Part shown: positions 1 to 9,373 of the stretch, in pieces
How the letters are laid out: each line of letters opens with the position of its first letter
Numbering within the stretch: the stretch's first letter is position 1
NCBI GenBank assembly: GCA_002418835.1
Contig: DIEX01000011.1
Location: forward strand, 40,435-104,434
DNA: 64,000 nt
Source of the DNA: Spirochaetia bacterium UBA5763
GTDB lineage: Bacteria > Spirochaetota > UBA4802 > UBA5550
Direction: 5' to 3'
Program-made: the position numbers and the translations under genes
Notes under the pieces: model-generated
What the model was told of the DNA's origin: nothing
Database searches by the model: none
The model's input: the letters and a program-made list of their open reading frames with translations, nothing else

Positions 1-25
1 AGCAAGGGATTGCAACCCCTTGCTG
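1..25. repeat. Copy 1 of a 26-nt palindromic hairpin repeat (AGCAAGGGATTGCAACCCCTTGCTG), truncated at the window edge
   Basis: Near-identical to 1795-1820 (two substitutions). Perfect 8-10 bp stem. Lies just 3' of the minus-strand acyl-CoA ligase gene. Confidence 0.5.
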
Positions 26-39
26 TGTGTATGCTGCAT

Positions 40-1665
40 TTAATTCTTCAGTTTCTCCATCTCCCTGTTCCGCAATTCATTCCTCATCGGTTTTCCCACA
101 GCGGTTAATGGCAGTTCATCGATAAACTCCACATACTTCGGTACCTTGTATGCTGAGAGCTTTTCACGGCAGTGATTAATCACCTTTTCCTCTGTAAGTT
201 CTGCTCCGGGATTAAGAACAATAAATGCTTTTACAGATTCCCCCCTTTTGGCATCAGGCACACCGATTGCACATGTTCTGAACACCTGCGGCAGTTCATA
301 GATCACCTCGTCAATCTCTCTGGGATATACATTGAAACCGCTTGAGAGGATCATATCCTTTTTCCTGTCCACAATAAAGAAAAACCCGTCCTCATCCATA
401 TAAGCGAGATCCCCTGTATAAAGCCAGCCGTTACGCAGTGCATTTGCTGTCTCTGCCTCATTCTTCCAGTATCCGGACATGATGTTAGGACCGCGAGCGA
501 TAAGTTCACCCGGCTCGCCAACCGGCATATCTTTTGTTCCAGTCTCTATATCAACAATGCGGATATCGATGTCAGGCCACGCGAGGCCGACGCTCCCCGG
601 CTTTCTCTTCCCGAAGGGTGTGCATGTGAGCACATTGGAGGTTTCGGAGAGTCCGTACCCTTCAGTTATTGTGGCGCCGGACAACTCCTCAAATTTTTTC
701 ATTACTTCAACTGCAAGTGGTGATGAGCCGCAGATCATACCCTTTATTGATTTTATCTTTGATGAGGGTGTAGCGGGATGCTGATTCAGCCCGAATATCA
801 TTGCGGGTACTGCTGAGTAGTAGTTCGGCTCATGCTGATTTATGGCATTAAGTATATTGTCAACAGTTGGTTCAGTTACAAGGATTGAACATCCGCCAGC
901 AACCTTGTTTATGTTTATGTTGGTGTTGAATCCATATATATGATATAGCGGCATACAGCAGAGCGTTTTGAGATAAGGTTCGGACTCATAGCTTCCTTTA
1001 AACCACTCATGATCCTGGAAAGCCTGTGAAAGCACATTCATATTGCTCAGCATACACCCCTTTGATACGCCCGTAGTGCCGCCGGTATACTGAAGCATGG
1101 CGAGATCTTTCGATGACACCTGCACATCCGGCTCAGTGTCTGGTGCCGCAGCAATTATATCTTCATATTTCAGAACATCGTCTGAGAAAGAGAAGCTCTC
1201 ATCCCCCTTTGAACGGAATACAATGACTTTTTTAAGAGCGGCTTTCTTTTCATTCAGAACTTCAAATGGTTTTGCCGCAATCCCTGCCCAGGCAATAACA
1301 GCTGAGGTTCCGCTGTCACTGAACTGATGGGTAATCTCTCGCACTGTTGCCATTGGATTAGTCGGCACAACTACCGCTCCAAGTTTATAACATGCCTCCA
1401 GTGCAATGACATACTCCGGAAAATTCGGTGACATCAGCGCCACCCTGTCCCCCTTTTTAATACCAAGCGTTGTAATTGCATTTGCAAGTTTACGGGCAGC
1501 GGAATTTGCTTCTGAGTATTTAATCTCCTGACCGCCAAAAATCAGGTAAGGCCTCCCGGGATTTTTTTCGGCATTTCTGTTGAACATTTCCTTGAGCGGA
1601 ATTTCAGGATAATTAAGTGATGAGGATACCCCTTTGTCATACCATTTGAGCCAAAGTCTTTCCAT
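40..1665 (-). CDS. Long-chain acyl-CoA synthetase (AMP-dependent synthetase/ligase)
   Basis: 541 aa ORF with AMP-binding signature YTGGTTGVSKG, plus GYGLSE and YTGDL motifs. GGGGGAG RBS 5 nt upstream of the ATG. Confidence 0.85.
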   Translation of the reverse strand: MERLWLKWYDKGVSSSLNYPEIPLKEMFNRNAEKNPGRPYLIFGGQEIKYSEANSAARKLANAITTLGIKKGDRVALMSPNFPEYVIALEACYKLGAVVVPTNPMATVREITHQFSDSGTSAVIAWAGIAAKPFEVLNEKKAALKKVIVFRSKGDESFSFSDDVLKYEDIIAAAPDTEPDVQVSSKDLAMLQYTGGTTGVSKGCMLSNMNVLSQAFQDHEWFKGSYESEPYLKTLCCMPLYHIYGFNTNININKVAGGCSILVTEPTVDNILNAINQHEPNYYSAVPAMIFGLNQHPATPSSKIKSIKGMICGSSPLAVEVMKKFEELSGATITEGYGLSETSNVLTCTPFGKRKPGSVGLAWPDIDIRIVDIETGTKDMPVGEPGELIARGPNIMSGYWKNEAETANALRNGWLYTGDLAYMDEDGFFFIVDRKKDMILSSGFNVYPREIDEVIYELPQVFRTCAIGVPDAKRGESVKAFIVLNPGAELTEEKVINHCREKLSAYKVPKYVEFIDELPLTAVGKPMRNELRNREMEKLKN

Positions 1666-1794
1666 AATACTCCCCCGTTTTTTTATTTTGTGGAATATTA
1701 TAGCTTTTAATTTTTATATTTCAACAATTAATTAGACATAAATCTGTTAATTTGCCGGATTTAACTCTACTTTATTGCCAGGTATCGAAACATT

Positions 1795-1820
1795 CAGCAA
1801 GGGGTAGCAACCCCTTGCTG
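1795..1820. repeat. Copy 2 of the 26-nt palindromic hairpin repeat (CAGCAAGGGG-TAGCAA-CCCCTTGCTG)
   Basis: Perfect 10 bp stem with a 6 nt loop, 14 nt 3' of the oppF stop. No adjacent U-tract on either strand, so REP-like rather than a classic terminator. Confidence 0.5.
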
Positions 1821-1833
1821 AATAATAAAAATA

Positions 1834-2802
1834 TTACTCATAAAGCCAGCAGGATACTTTGTGCCCCGGTGCAATTTCCTTTAACGGGGGGTACTCCTCC
1901 CTGCATCTCGGCATGGCATTGGGGCACCGTGGATTGAAGTGGCACCCCTGCGGCGGATTTATCGGAGAAGGGACATCTCCCACAACGATTTTCTTCTCCC
2001 TTTTATTCCTCGGATTAATGTCAGGAAAAGCCTCAAAGAGAGCTTTTGTGTAGGGATGGAGTCTGTTGCCGATGAGATCAGCTTTTGAAGCCTCCTCAAC
2101 GATACGCCCCAGGTACATCACGATTATCCTGTCGGAGATCAGCTCCACCACCGCAAGATCGTGCGCGATGAAAACATAAGTGAAACCGTACTTCTGTTGA
2201 AGATCCATAAGAAGGTTCAGTATCTGCGCCTGCACTGATACATCGAGGGCTGACACAGCCTCGTCGCATACAATGAATTCAGGACGGAGTGAGAGAGCCC
2301 GGGCTATGCCGATCCTCTGCCTCTGTCCGCCGGAGAACTGGTGCGGGTAGCGGTTTTTATATCTCCTGTCAAGTCCCACAACATCAAGGAGTGTATCAAC
2401 CCTTTCATCAAGATTGAACTCTTTATCCAGTCCATTTACTCTCATAGGCTGTGTCAGCAGATAGGAGATCTTTTTACGCGGATTAAGGGAGGAGAATGGA
2501 TCCTGAAAAATCATCTGCATCCTTCTCCTGTAGGCCTTCATCTCCCTGTCAGAAAGACTGCTTATATCTTTCCCTTCAAAGATTACTTCACCCCCGGTCT
2601 TGCGTTGAAGGTTCAGCAGAGTTTTGCCGAGAGTCGATTTACCGCACCCCGACTCACCAACTATACCCAGGGTTTCACCTTTATATACATCGAAGGATAC
2701 TCCGTCAACAGCCTTCAGTATATGATGGCCGCTGCTTCTCATACCCTCTTTCTTTATTTCAAAATGCTTTTTAAGATTTTTTACTTCTAATATCTTTTCC
2801 AT
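1834..2802 (-). CDS. oppF: Oligopeptide ABC transporter ATP-binding protein OppF
   Basis: Walker A GESGCGKST and ABC signature LSGGQRQRIGIARAL. OppF/DppF-type C-terminal extension (PYTKALF...Cys-rich tail). Last gene of the opp operon. Confidence 0.85.
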   Translation of the reverse strand: MEKILEVKNLKKHFEIKKEGMRSSGHHILKAVDGVSFDVYKGETLGIVGESGCGKSTLGKTLLNLQRKTGGEVIFEGKDISSLSDREMKAYRRRMQMIFQDPFSSLNPRKKISYLLTQPMRVNGLDKEFNLDERVDTLLDVVGLDRRYKNRYPHQFSGGQRQRIGIARALSLRPEFIVCDEAVSALDVSVQAQILNLLMDLQQKYGFTYVFIAHDLAVVELISDRIIVMYLGRIVEEASKADLIGNRLHPYTKALFEAFPDINPRNKREKKIVVGDVPSPINPPQGCHFNPRCPNAMPRCREEYPPLKEIAPGHKVSCWLYE

Positions 2803-2822
2803 TATCAGACCTTCAGTCGTAT

Positions 2823-3818
2823 TCAGATGAATTTTATATCACCGGCAAAGTGGCACCACACGGAATGGCCGTTACCGGCCTCCTTCACATCAGGGAACTT
2901 CTCTCTGCATAGAGGCTCGGCATATCTGCACCTGCTTTCAAAGGGGCAGCCTGAACCGATCTCGAGCAGATTGGGAACATTCCCTTCAATTGCTTCGAGT
3001 CTCCCGGCGTGCCTGTACTTTTCATTGGAAGGCATTGAGTTCAGAAGGCCCACAGTATAGGGATGCATCGGATTTTCGAATATATCGTAAACATCCCCTG
3101 CCTCGACCTTTCTTCCCGCGTACATAACAGCAACGCGGTTAGCCATCTCAGCCACAACCCCCATATCGTGTGTTATAAGGAGGAGAGACATCTGTATCGA
3201 TTTCTGCAGTTCACGCATGAGGTCCAGTATCTGCGCCTGGATCGTTACATCAAGGGCAGTTGTAGGCTCATCCGCAATCATTAAACCGGGATTAGGCGAT
3301 GACAGAGCCATGGCGATCATCACCCTCTGCCGCATTCCGCCGGAAAGCTGGTGCGGATAGTCCCTTACCCTCTTTTCAGGAGCCGGAATTTTAACCATGT
3401 CCAGCATTTCTACAGCTTTTGCGAGAGCTCCCTTTTTATCCATGTTGTAATGAGTTATAAAAACTTCGGCAATCTGTTCCCCGATCCTGAATACAGGATT
3501 CAATGAAGTCATGGGTTCCTGAAAGATCATTGAGATCCTGTCACCCCGAATCTCCTGCATCTCTTTCTCCGTGAGTCTTAGCAGGTCTTTACCGTCCAGG
3601 AGTATTTCACCCGATTCGATCTTTCCCGGAGGGGAAGGAACAAGCCTCATTATTGCGGATGCAGTGACCGATTTGCCGCACCCGGATTCACCCACAAGCG
3701 CAAGAGTCTCGCCTTTGTTAATCCACAGGTCCAGTTCACGTACTGCGGGAACAACACCTTTTTGTGTATAGAATGAGACATTAAGCCCTTTTATATCAAG
3801 GAACCTGTTATTATCCAT
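2823..3818 (-). CDS. oppD: Oligopeptide ABC transporter ATP-binding protein OppD
   Basis: Walker A GESGCGKSV and signature LSGGMRQRVMIAMAL. Start moved to the internal ATG at 3818 (MDNNRFLDIKG) because a GGAGGG RBS precedes it and it follows the oppC stop at 3829. Confidence 0.85.
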   Translation of the reverse strand: MDNNRFLDIKGLNVSFYTQKGVVPAVRELDLWINKGETLALVGESGCGKSVTASAIMRLVPSPPGKIESGEILLDGKDLLRLTEKEMQEIRGDRISMIFQEPMTSLNPVFRIGEQIAEVFITHYNMDKKGALAKAVEMLDMVKIPAPEKRVRDYPHQLSGGMRQRVMIAMALSSPNPGLMIADEPTTALDVTIQAQILDLMRELQKSIQMSLLLITHDMGVVAEMANRVAVMYAGRKVEAGDVYDIFENPMHPYTVGLLNSMPSNEKYRHAGRLEAIEGNVPNLLEIGSGCPFESRCRYAEPLCREKFPDVKEAGNGHSVWCHFAGDIKFI

Positions 3819-3828
3819 AGTAACCCTC

Positions 3829-4725
3829 CTAATCCTTAAGCCTCGGATCAAGGACATCCCTGATCCCGTCACCCAGGAGGTTAAACCCGAGAACAACCAG
3901 AACTATTGCTATACCGGGGAATGTTACGATCCACCATGCATTGGAGACAAACTCACGGGCTGATGCAATCATAAGGCCCCACTCCGGTGTGGGGGGCTGC
4001 GCGCCGAGTCCCAGGAAGGAGAGTGCTGCTGATTCAATTATTGCGCTCCCCACGCCAAGGGTTGCCTGCACAATTATGGGAGCAAGACAGTTCGGAAGGA
4101 TTGACATGAACATAAGTTCCATGTTCCCCACACCGAGAGACCTCTCCGCTTCAACGTATTCAGCTTCTTTCTCGGCAAGAACAGAAGCCCTCATAATCCT
4201 TGTGTACTGCGGGAGACGGGCAATACCGATGGCAATCATGGCGTTAAGTAGAGTTGGGCCCAGAAGCGCCACAATAACAATGGTAAGGAGAATATACGGG
4301 AATGCCAGCATGATGTCAATTACCCTCATGGATATTCTGTCAAACCACCCGCCGTAGAAGCCGGAGATGAGCCCGATGAGAGATCCGAACACAAGGGATA
4401 TTGATACGGCAAAAAAACCTATAACAAGCGATATGCGGGAACCGTAGATAATACGTGAAAGGATGTCCCTGCCGAAATCATCTGTCCCCAGGATGTAGGG
4501 CCAGGAGAAGTAAGTCATTTTTCTCAGATCAATATTCTGAAGATAGGGATCAAAGGGCGCAACAACAGGCGCGAATACAGCAAGAAATACAAAAAATATG
4601 ATTATGTAAAGTCCGAACATGGCGGACCTGTTTTTCTTAAGGAGAAGCCAGTTCTCATACCAGATCGATTCAGCAGCGTTGTTCTCTGCATCATTACCGG
4701 CTTTAAATATCTTAATAGGATTCAT
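3829..4725 (-). CDS. oppC: Oligopeptide ABC transporter permease OppC
   Basis: 298 aa with multiple TM helices and a BPD-transporter (EAA-like) motif region. Sits between oppB and oppD. Confidence 0.85.
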   Translation of the reverse strand: MNPIKIFKAGNDAENNAAESIWYENWLLLKKNRSAMFGLYIIIFFVFLAVFAPVVAPFDPYLQNIDLRKMTYFSWPYILGTDDFGRDILSRIIYGSRISLVIGFFAVSISLVFGSLIGLISGFYGGWFDRISMRVIDIMLAFPYILLTIVIVALLGPTLLNAMIAIGIARLPQYTRIMRASVLAEKEAEYVEAERSLGVGNMELMFMSILPNCLAPIIVQATLGVGSAIIESAALSFLGLGAQPPTPEWGLMIASAREFVSNAWWIVTFPGIAIVLVVLGFNLLGDGIRDVLDPRLKD

Positions 4726-4743
4726 TATGTGCTACCTTCGGAA

Positions 4744-5760
4744 TTATTCTGTTCTAATTTTGGGATTGATTACTGAATAGAGTAGATCAACAAAGAGATT
4801 TATAATGACAAAACATGTTGATATCACTATTATTCCACCCTGCACTGCCGGAAAATCCCTTGATTCAATTGCATGATAGAGCCACTTACCTATCCCGGGC
4901 CAGGCAAAAATTGTTTCAGTAAGTATTGCTCCTGCCAGAAGCATCCCGAACTGGAGGCCTATTACAGTAATTACAGGGAGGAGAGCGTTACGCAGCGCGT
5001 ACTTGAATACCACCTTCCTCTCGGACATACCTGTGGCACGTGCTGTCTTGATGTAGTCCTGTTTCAGCACCTCAAGCATTGAGCTCCTTGTTATACGGGC
5101 AATAATCGCAAGCGGTATAGTGGCCAGCGTTACAGCAGGAAGAATCAGATGAGTCAGAGCTGATCCTAAAACTTTAGGGTCTCCTGTTTTAAAAATGTGT
5201 ATTATCCCGTCAAGTATGTAGAAATTTGTAATAGGGGTAAAATAATACCTTATATCCATTCTTCCCCCCGTGGGGAGGAGGTTCAGATTAACTGAAAATA
5301 TTATTATAAGCACAAGCCCGAGCCAGAATACCGGCATCGAAACTCCGAACAGTGCCCCGAACATTGAGGCATAGTCCCAGAAGGAGTACCTCTTTGTGGC
5401 TGAAATAACTCCAACAAATATTCCCAAAACTGATGCAAGGATCATTGAAAAAATAGCCAGTTCGATTGTGGCAGGGAAACGGGCTTTTATCTCATCTATA
5501 ACGTTCTGTCCTGTTTTGATCGATTTGCCGAAATCAAGCTGAACAACTTTTTTCAGGTATATGACATACTGAATATGCATAGGCTTGTCAAGGCCCAGTT
5601 CAGCATTCATCTTTTCAACAGCCTCTTTGTTTGCCCTTTCACCGAGAATTACCCTTGCAGGTTCGCCGGGAGAGAGCGCAAGCATGAAGAAGACAAGGGT
5701 GATCACTCCGAAAAGTGTTGGTATAAGGAGCCCGAGCCTTTTTAAAATAAATCTGTACAT
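4744..5760 (-). CDS. oppB: Oligopeptide ABC transporter permease OppB
   Basis: 338 aa polytopic permease of the DppB/OppB type. GGAG RBS upstream. Confidence 0.85.
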   Translation of the reverse strand: MYRFILKRLGLLIPTLFGVITLVFFMLALSPGEPARVILGERANKEAVEKMNAELGLDKPMHIQYVIYLKKVVQLDFGKSIKTGQNVIDEIKARFPATIELAIFSMILASVLGIFVGVISATKRYSFWDYASMFGALFGVSMPVFWLGLVLIIIFSVNLNLLPTGGRMDIRYYFTPITNFYILDGIIHIFKTGDPKVLGSALTHLILPAVTLATIPLAIIARITRSSMLEVLKQDYIKTARATGMSERKVVFKYALRNALLPVITVIGLQFGMLLAGAILTETIFAWPGIGKWLYHAIESRDFPAVQGGIIVISTCFVIINLFVDLLYSVINPKIRTE

Positions 5761-5818
5761 ATTAAAACTCCGTAAGACTTTGTTTTGCTTTAAAATAATG
5801 AAATATTATTTAATTCCC

Positions 5819-5953
5819 TGTCATTTCGAAGAAGCGGCAGCGACTGAGAAATCTCAATTACAGAATCAGTTTAAGAACAGAATTCACTGCAATTATTAAA
5901 TTATGCAATTGAGATTTCTCACCCGAAAAATTGAATAGGGTTCGAAATGACAT
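5819..5953. repeat. MITE-like element, copy A (~135 bp) with nested inverted repeats
   Basis: Terminal inverted repeats TGTCATTTCGAA / TTCGAAATGACA and inner inverted repeats TGAGAAATCTCAATT / AATTGAGATTTCTCA. Homologous to 13049-13158. Located between the oppA stop and the oppB start. Confidence 0.5.
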
Positions 5954-6001
5954 GTTGTAAACCATATTGTTTGCTGTTTAAACTATGTTTCTTAAAACAG
6001 C

Positions 6002-6027
6002 ATCATCCCCGCTTTCGCGGGGATGAT
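6002..6027 (-). terminator. Stem-loop (ATCATCCCCGC-TTTC-GCGGGGATGAT) 3' of oppA, a putative intra-operon terminator/attenuator
   Basis: 11 bp GC-rich perfect stem. On the minus strand it is followed by GCTGTTTTAAG (a short U-tract). Confidence 0.45.
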
Positions 6028-6044
6028 TACTAAATCAGTCCGGA

Positions 6045-7625
6045 CTATTTCTGAATCCAGACATCCCTGAATTCACGTTTTGACATTGGAGAAAGTTTGA
6101 AATCCATAACTGTTTTCTTCATAGGCTCAACAACAACAGAGTGAGCTAAGGGCACCCATGGAGCCTCTTCATGGAATATAACCTGTGCTTCTTTATAAAG
6201 CTTTATTCTCTTATCTTTATCAACAGTTTCTTTCGCCTGTGTTATGAGAGAGTTGAACTTCTCGTTTTTCCAGAACGCATAGTTCTGAGCAGGCTTGATT
6301 GTCGACTGTATTGAAAGAAGAACATAAAGGAAGTTGTCAGGATCTCCATTGTCACCTGTCCATCCTATAAGACACATGTCATGCTGGAGGTTATCCAGTT
6401 TATCAAGATATGTACCCCACTCATAAGAAACGATGTTAGCCTTAATGCCGACCTCTTTGAGCTGTGACTGCATAATCTCAGCAACTTTCTTCGCATTCGG
6501 ATTATACGGCCTTGATACCGGCATTGCCCAGAGAGTAGTTTCAAAACCGTTTTCAAGTCCCGCTTTCTTCAGAAGTTCTTTGGCAAGTTTAGGATCGTAT
6601 TTGTATTCCTGAACCGCATCATTATATGACCACATTGTAGGAGGGAGGGGGTTCTTTGCAGGCACACCGAGATTCCCGTAAACAGCCTTGATTATATCAG
6701 CTTTGTTTATTGCATGGTTAACAGCCTGACGTACAAGCTTATTGTCAAAGGGTTTTCTTGACTGGTTCATTGCCATGTAACCAACATTAAGGCCCGGTTG
6801 TTCAACTATCTTAAGTTTTGAATCAGCTTTTATATTCTCAATATCTTCGGGTGAAGGGAAGTCTATAATATCAACTTCACCTTTTTTGAGTGCAAGATAA
6901 CGTGCTGTAGGCTCAGGTATTACTTTCAGGATCAGCCTGTCGATATAAGCTTTTCTCCCCCAGTAATTATCGTTTCTTTCAAGTATTATTGAATCATCCT
7001 TGATCCACTGGACAAACTTGAAAGGGCCTGTACCGCATGCTGTACTTTTAAAATTTTCCTTCTCCTTTTCAGCAGCTGTTGGAGATACAATTGCAGCAAA
7101 CTGCATTGCAAGATTCGCGAGGAATGGAGCTTCTTTTTTCTTCAGTAAGATCTTAACCTTGTAATCATCCACTTTAACAACATCTTTAATGATATCATCC
7201 ATACCCATTGCGCTCCAGTATTTCCATGGACCGTATTTATATGCAGGGTGATCTTTCTTAAACTGACGCGCCAATGAATAGACAACAGCGTCCGCATTAA
7301 AGTCTGTGCCGTCATGGAACTTAACGCCTTTTCTGAGATAGAATGTAAATTCAAGACCGCTTGCTGCAACATCCCATTTTTCAGCGAGTCCCGGTTCAAT
7401 ATCTGTTGTGCCGTTTATAAAAGACACAAGATTGTCATAGACATTGTCCGCGATATAGAACGATTCCCCGTCAGTTTCCCTTGCAGGGTCAAGACCGCTG
7501 GCATCACCTGAACGGCCGAACACCAGTACACCGCCTGCCTTATCGCCGCTCTTACCGCATGATGTTAAAGAAAAGACCATGAGTGAAGCAAGAAGCAGAA
7601 CAAGCAATAGACTTATCCTTTTCAT
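6045..7625 (-). CDS. oppA: Oligopeptide ABC transporter substrate-binding lipoprotein OppA
   Basis: SBP family 5 fold. Start set at the internal ATG (MKRISLLLVLLLASLMVFSLTSC lipoprotein signal) with an AGGAG RBS. The upstream extension in the ORF track lacks an RBS. Confidence 0.85.
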   Translation of the reverse strand: MKRISLLLVLLLASLMVFSLTSCGKSGDKAGGVLVFGRSGDASGLDPARETDGESFYIADNVYDNLVSFINGTTDIEPGLAEKWDVAASGLEFTFYLRKGVKFHDGTDFNADAVVYSLARQFKKDHPAYKYGPWKYWSAMGMDDIIKDVVKVDDYKVKILLKKKEAPFLANLAMQFAAIVSPTAAEKEKENFKSTACGTGPFKFVQWIKDDSIILERNDNYWGRKAYIDRLILKVIPEPTARYLALKKGEVDIIDFPSPEDIENIKADSKLKIVEQPGLNVGYMAMNQSRKPFDNKLVRQAVNHAINKADIIKAVYGNLGVPAKNPLPPTMWSYNDAVQEYKYDPKLAKELLKKAGLENGFETTLWAMPVSRPYNPNAKKVAEIMQSQLKEVGIKANIVSYEWGTYLDKLDNLQHDMCLIGWTGDNGDPDNFLYVLLSIQSTIKPAQNYAFWKNEKFNSLITQAKETVDKDKRIKLYKEAQVIFHEEAPWVPLAHSVVVEPMKKTVMDFKLSPMSKREFRDVWIQK

Positions 7626-8197
7626 ACACAACTCCTGAATTAATTTTAATTTTTTTTTGTACGTGCTGATAAAAAAAACTATACTGCTTTCCGGGAAATC
7701 AGTATTAGAGGCAAACATTACAGAAAAGCGCCCCATACTCCCACGGGTATCCGGAAAAATCTCTATTATTCCGGAATGCCTGCCACAAAATGCTCTTTAT
7801 ATCAGCATATACATTATTAAACTTATAATTCATGCAGAAAACAATTATAATCAAGCTTTTTTTAAACAAAACCCTTTCGCAGCTTTTGTTTAAAAAAATT
7901 CAGCAGCAGTATCAATACAACAGTGAAATTACTTTTTTTCCTTTTTTTCTTTTTTTAATTGCCATATTATAGATATTGGAAGGATTATACAGGTACAATT
8001 TAATCCTTTACACTATCCATATCCGGGTAGTCATAATTAAATATCCTGAAACGCTGCTGGGAGATATCCAGACAACATGCCCTCAGTAAAAAACCCGGAC
8101 GTAGCGCTTAACAGGCGTTAGCGGGATTTCTGCGATCGGGAGTTTTTTTGTGACACTTTAATTACTACGCAGAACAGTGCTGTCAGGGGGGTTTCTT

Positions 8198-9373
8198 ATG
8201 GACGACTTTCTGATTTTCGATGGAATATCAAAAAGTTTCAGCAATCATAAAGTTCTCGATAATGTTTCCCTGACTGTAAAGAAAGGTGAGATATTCTCAC
8301 TACTGGGCCCCAGCGGCTGCGGCAAAACAACCCTGCTCCGGATATGCGCGGGGCTGGAAGAGCCGGATTCAGGAAGAATAATTCTGAACGGCGAGGACAT
8401 AACAGATCTTAGCCCCAATAAACGCCAGGTTAACACAGTGTTTCAGAACTACGCACTGTTCCCCAACCTTTCCGTTTTTGATAATATCGCATTCGGCCTG
8501 AGAATCTCCGGCATGAAAGAAAGCGGGATAAAGGATGAAGTCTATAAATACCTTGAAATGATCCAGCTTACGGATCACGCGAGAAAAAAACCTGATAAAC
8601 TGAGCGGAGGGCAGAAGCAGCGGGTAGCTATAGCCAGGGCACTTATTAACAAACCGAAAATACTCCTCCTCGACGAACCTCTTGCAGCACTTGACCTTAA
8701 ACTGAGGCAGAGGATGCTTGTTGACCTTGATAATATTCATGACGAAGTGGGGATTACATTTCTCTATGTTACCCACGACCAGAGCGAGGCCATGAGCTTA
8801 AGCGACAACATCGCTGTGCTTAACGAAGGCCTTGTGGAGCAGGTGGGCACCCCGACCCAGATTTACGAAGCTCCCCGCACAAGCTTTGTGGCTGCGTTTA
8901 TCGGAGACACCAACTTCTTCGAAGGTGATGTTATTGAAGTTAATGAGCCGTACAGTACACTGCACATTGAAGATTTCACTGATGTACTGGTATATAATGA
9001 CAAGAAGATAAGAAAAGGGGACAGGGTATATCTATCAATCCGTCCTGAAAAATTTACCGTTACTCTTCAGAAGCCGCAGCTTCCGGAAAGCTACAATATT
9101 GTAAAAGGGAAAGTTGAGGAGATTATCTATCTCGGTTATCACACGAAATACTGGGTAAGGGTTAATGAATACCTGATTGAGACAAAGCGCCTTCATGACA
9201 GGTATATGCTTGATGAGAAGATGATCACATGGGGTGACGAGGTATGGCTCTCATGGCACGCCGATTACTGCTACATGCTTGAACAGTACAACATGGAGGA
9301 CGAGGCACTCCTCACTCTCCCTGATGAAGAGATTATGGCTGAAATTGAAAGTGAATCAGGGGAGGATGAATAG
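8198..9373 (+). CDS. potA: Spermidine/putrescine ABC transporter ATP-binding protein PotA
   Basis: Walker A GPSGCGKTT and signature LSGGQKQRVAIARAL. TOBE-like C-terminal domain plus an acidic tail. Start at MDDFLIF, preceded by a GGGGGG RBS. Confidence 0.85.
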   Translation: MDDFLIFDGISKSFSNHKVLDNVSLTVKKGEIFSLLGPSGCGKTTLLRICAGLEEPDSGRIILNGEDITDLSPNKRQVNTVFQNYALFPNLSVFDNIAFGLRISGMKESGIKDEVYKYLEMIQLTDHARKKPDKLSGGQKQRVAIARALINKPKILLLDEPLAALDLKLRQRMLVDLDNIHDEVGITFLYVTHDQSEAMSLSDNIAVLNEGLVEQVGTPTQIYEAPRTSFVAAFIGDTNFFEGDVIEVNEPYSTLHIEDFTDVLVYNDKKIRKGDRVYLSIRPEKFTVTLQKPQLPESYNIVKGKVEEIIYLGYHTKYWVRVNEYLIETKRLHDRYMLDEKMITWGDEVWLSWHADYCYMLEQYNMEDEALLTLPDEEIMAEIESESGEDE

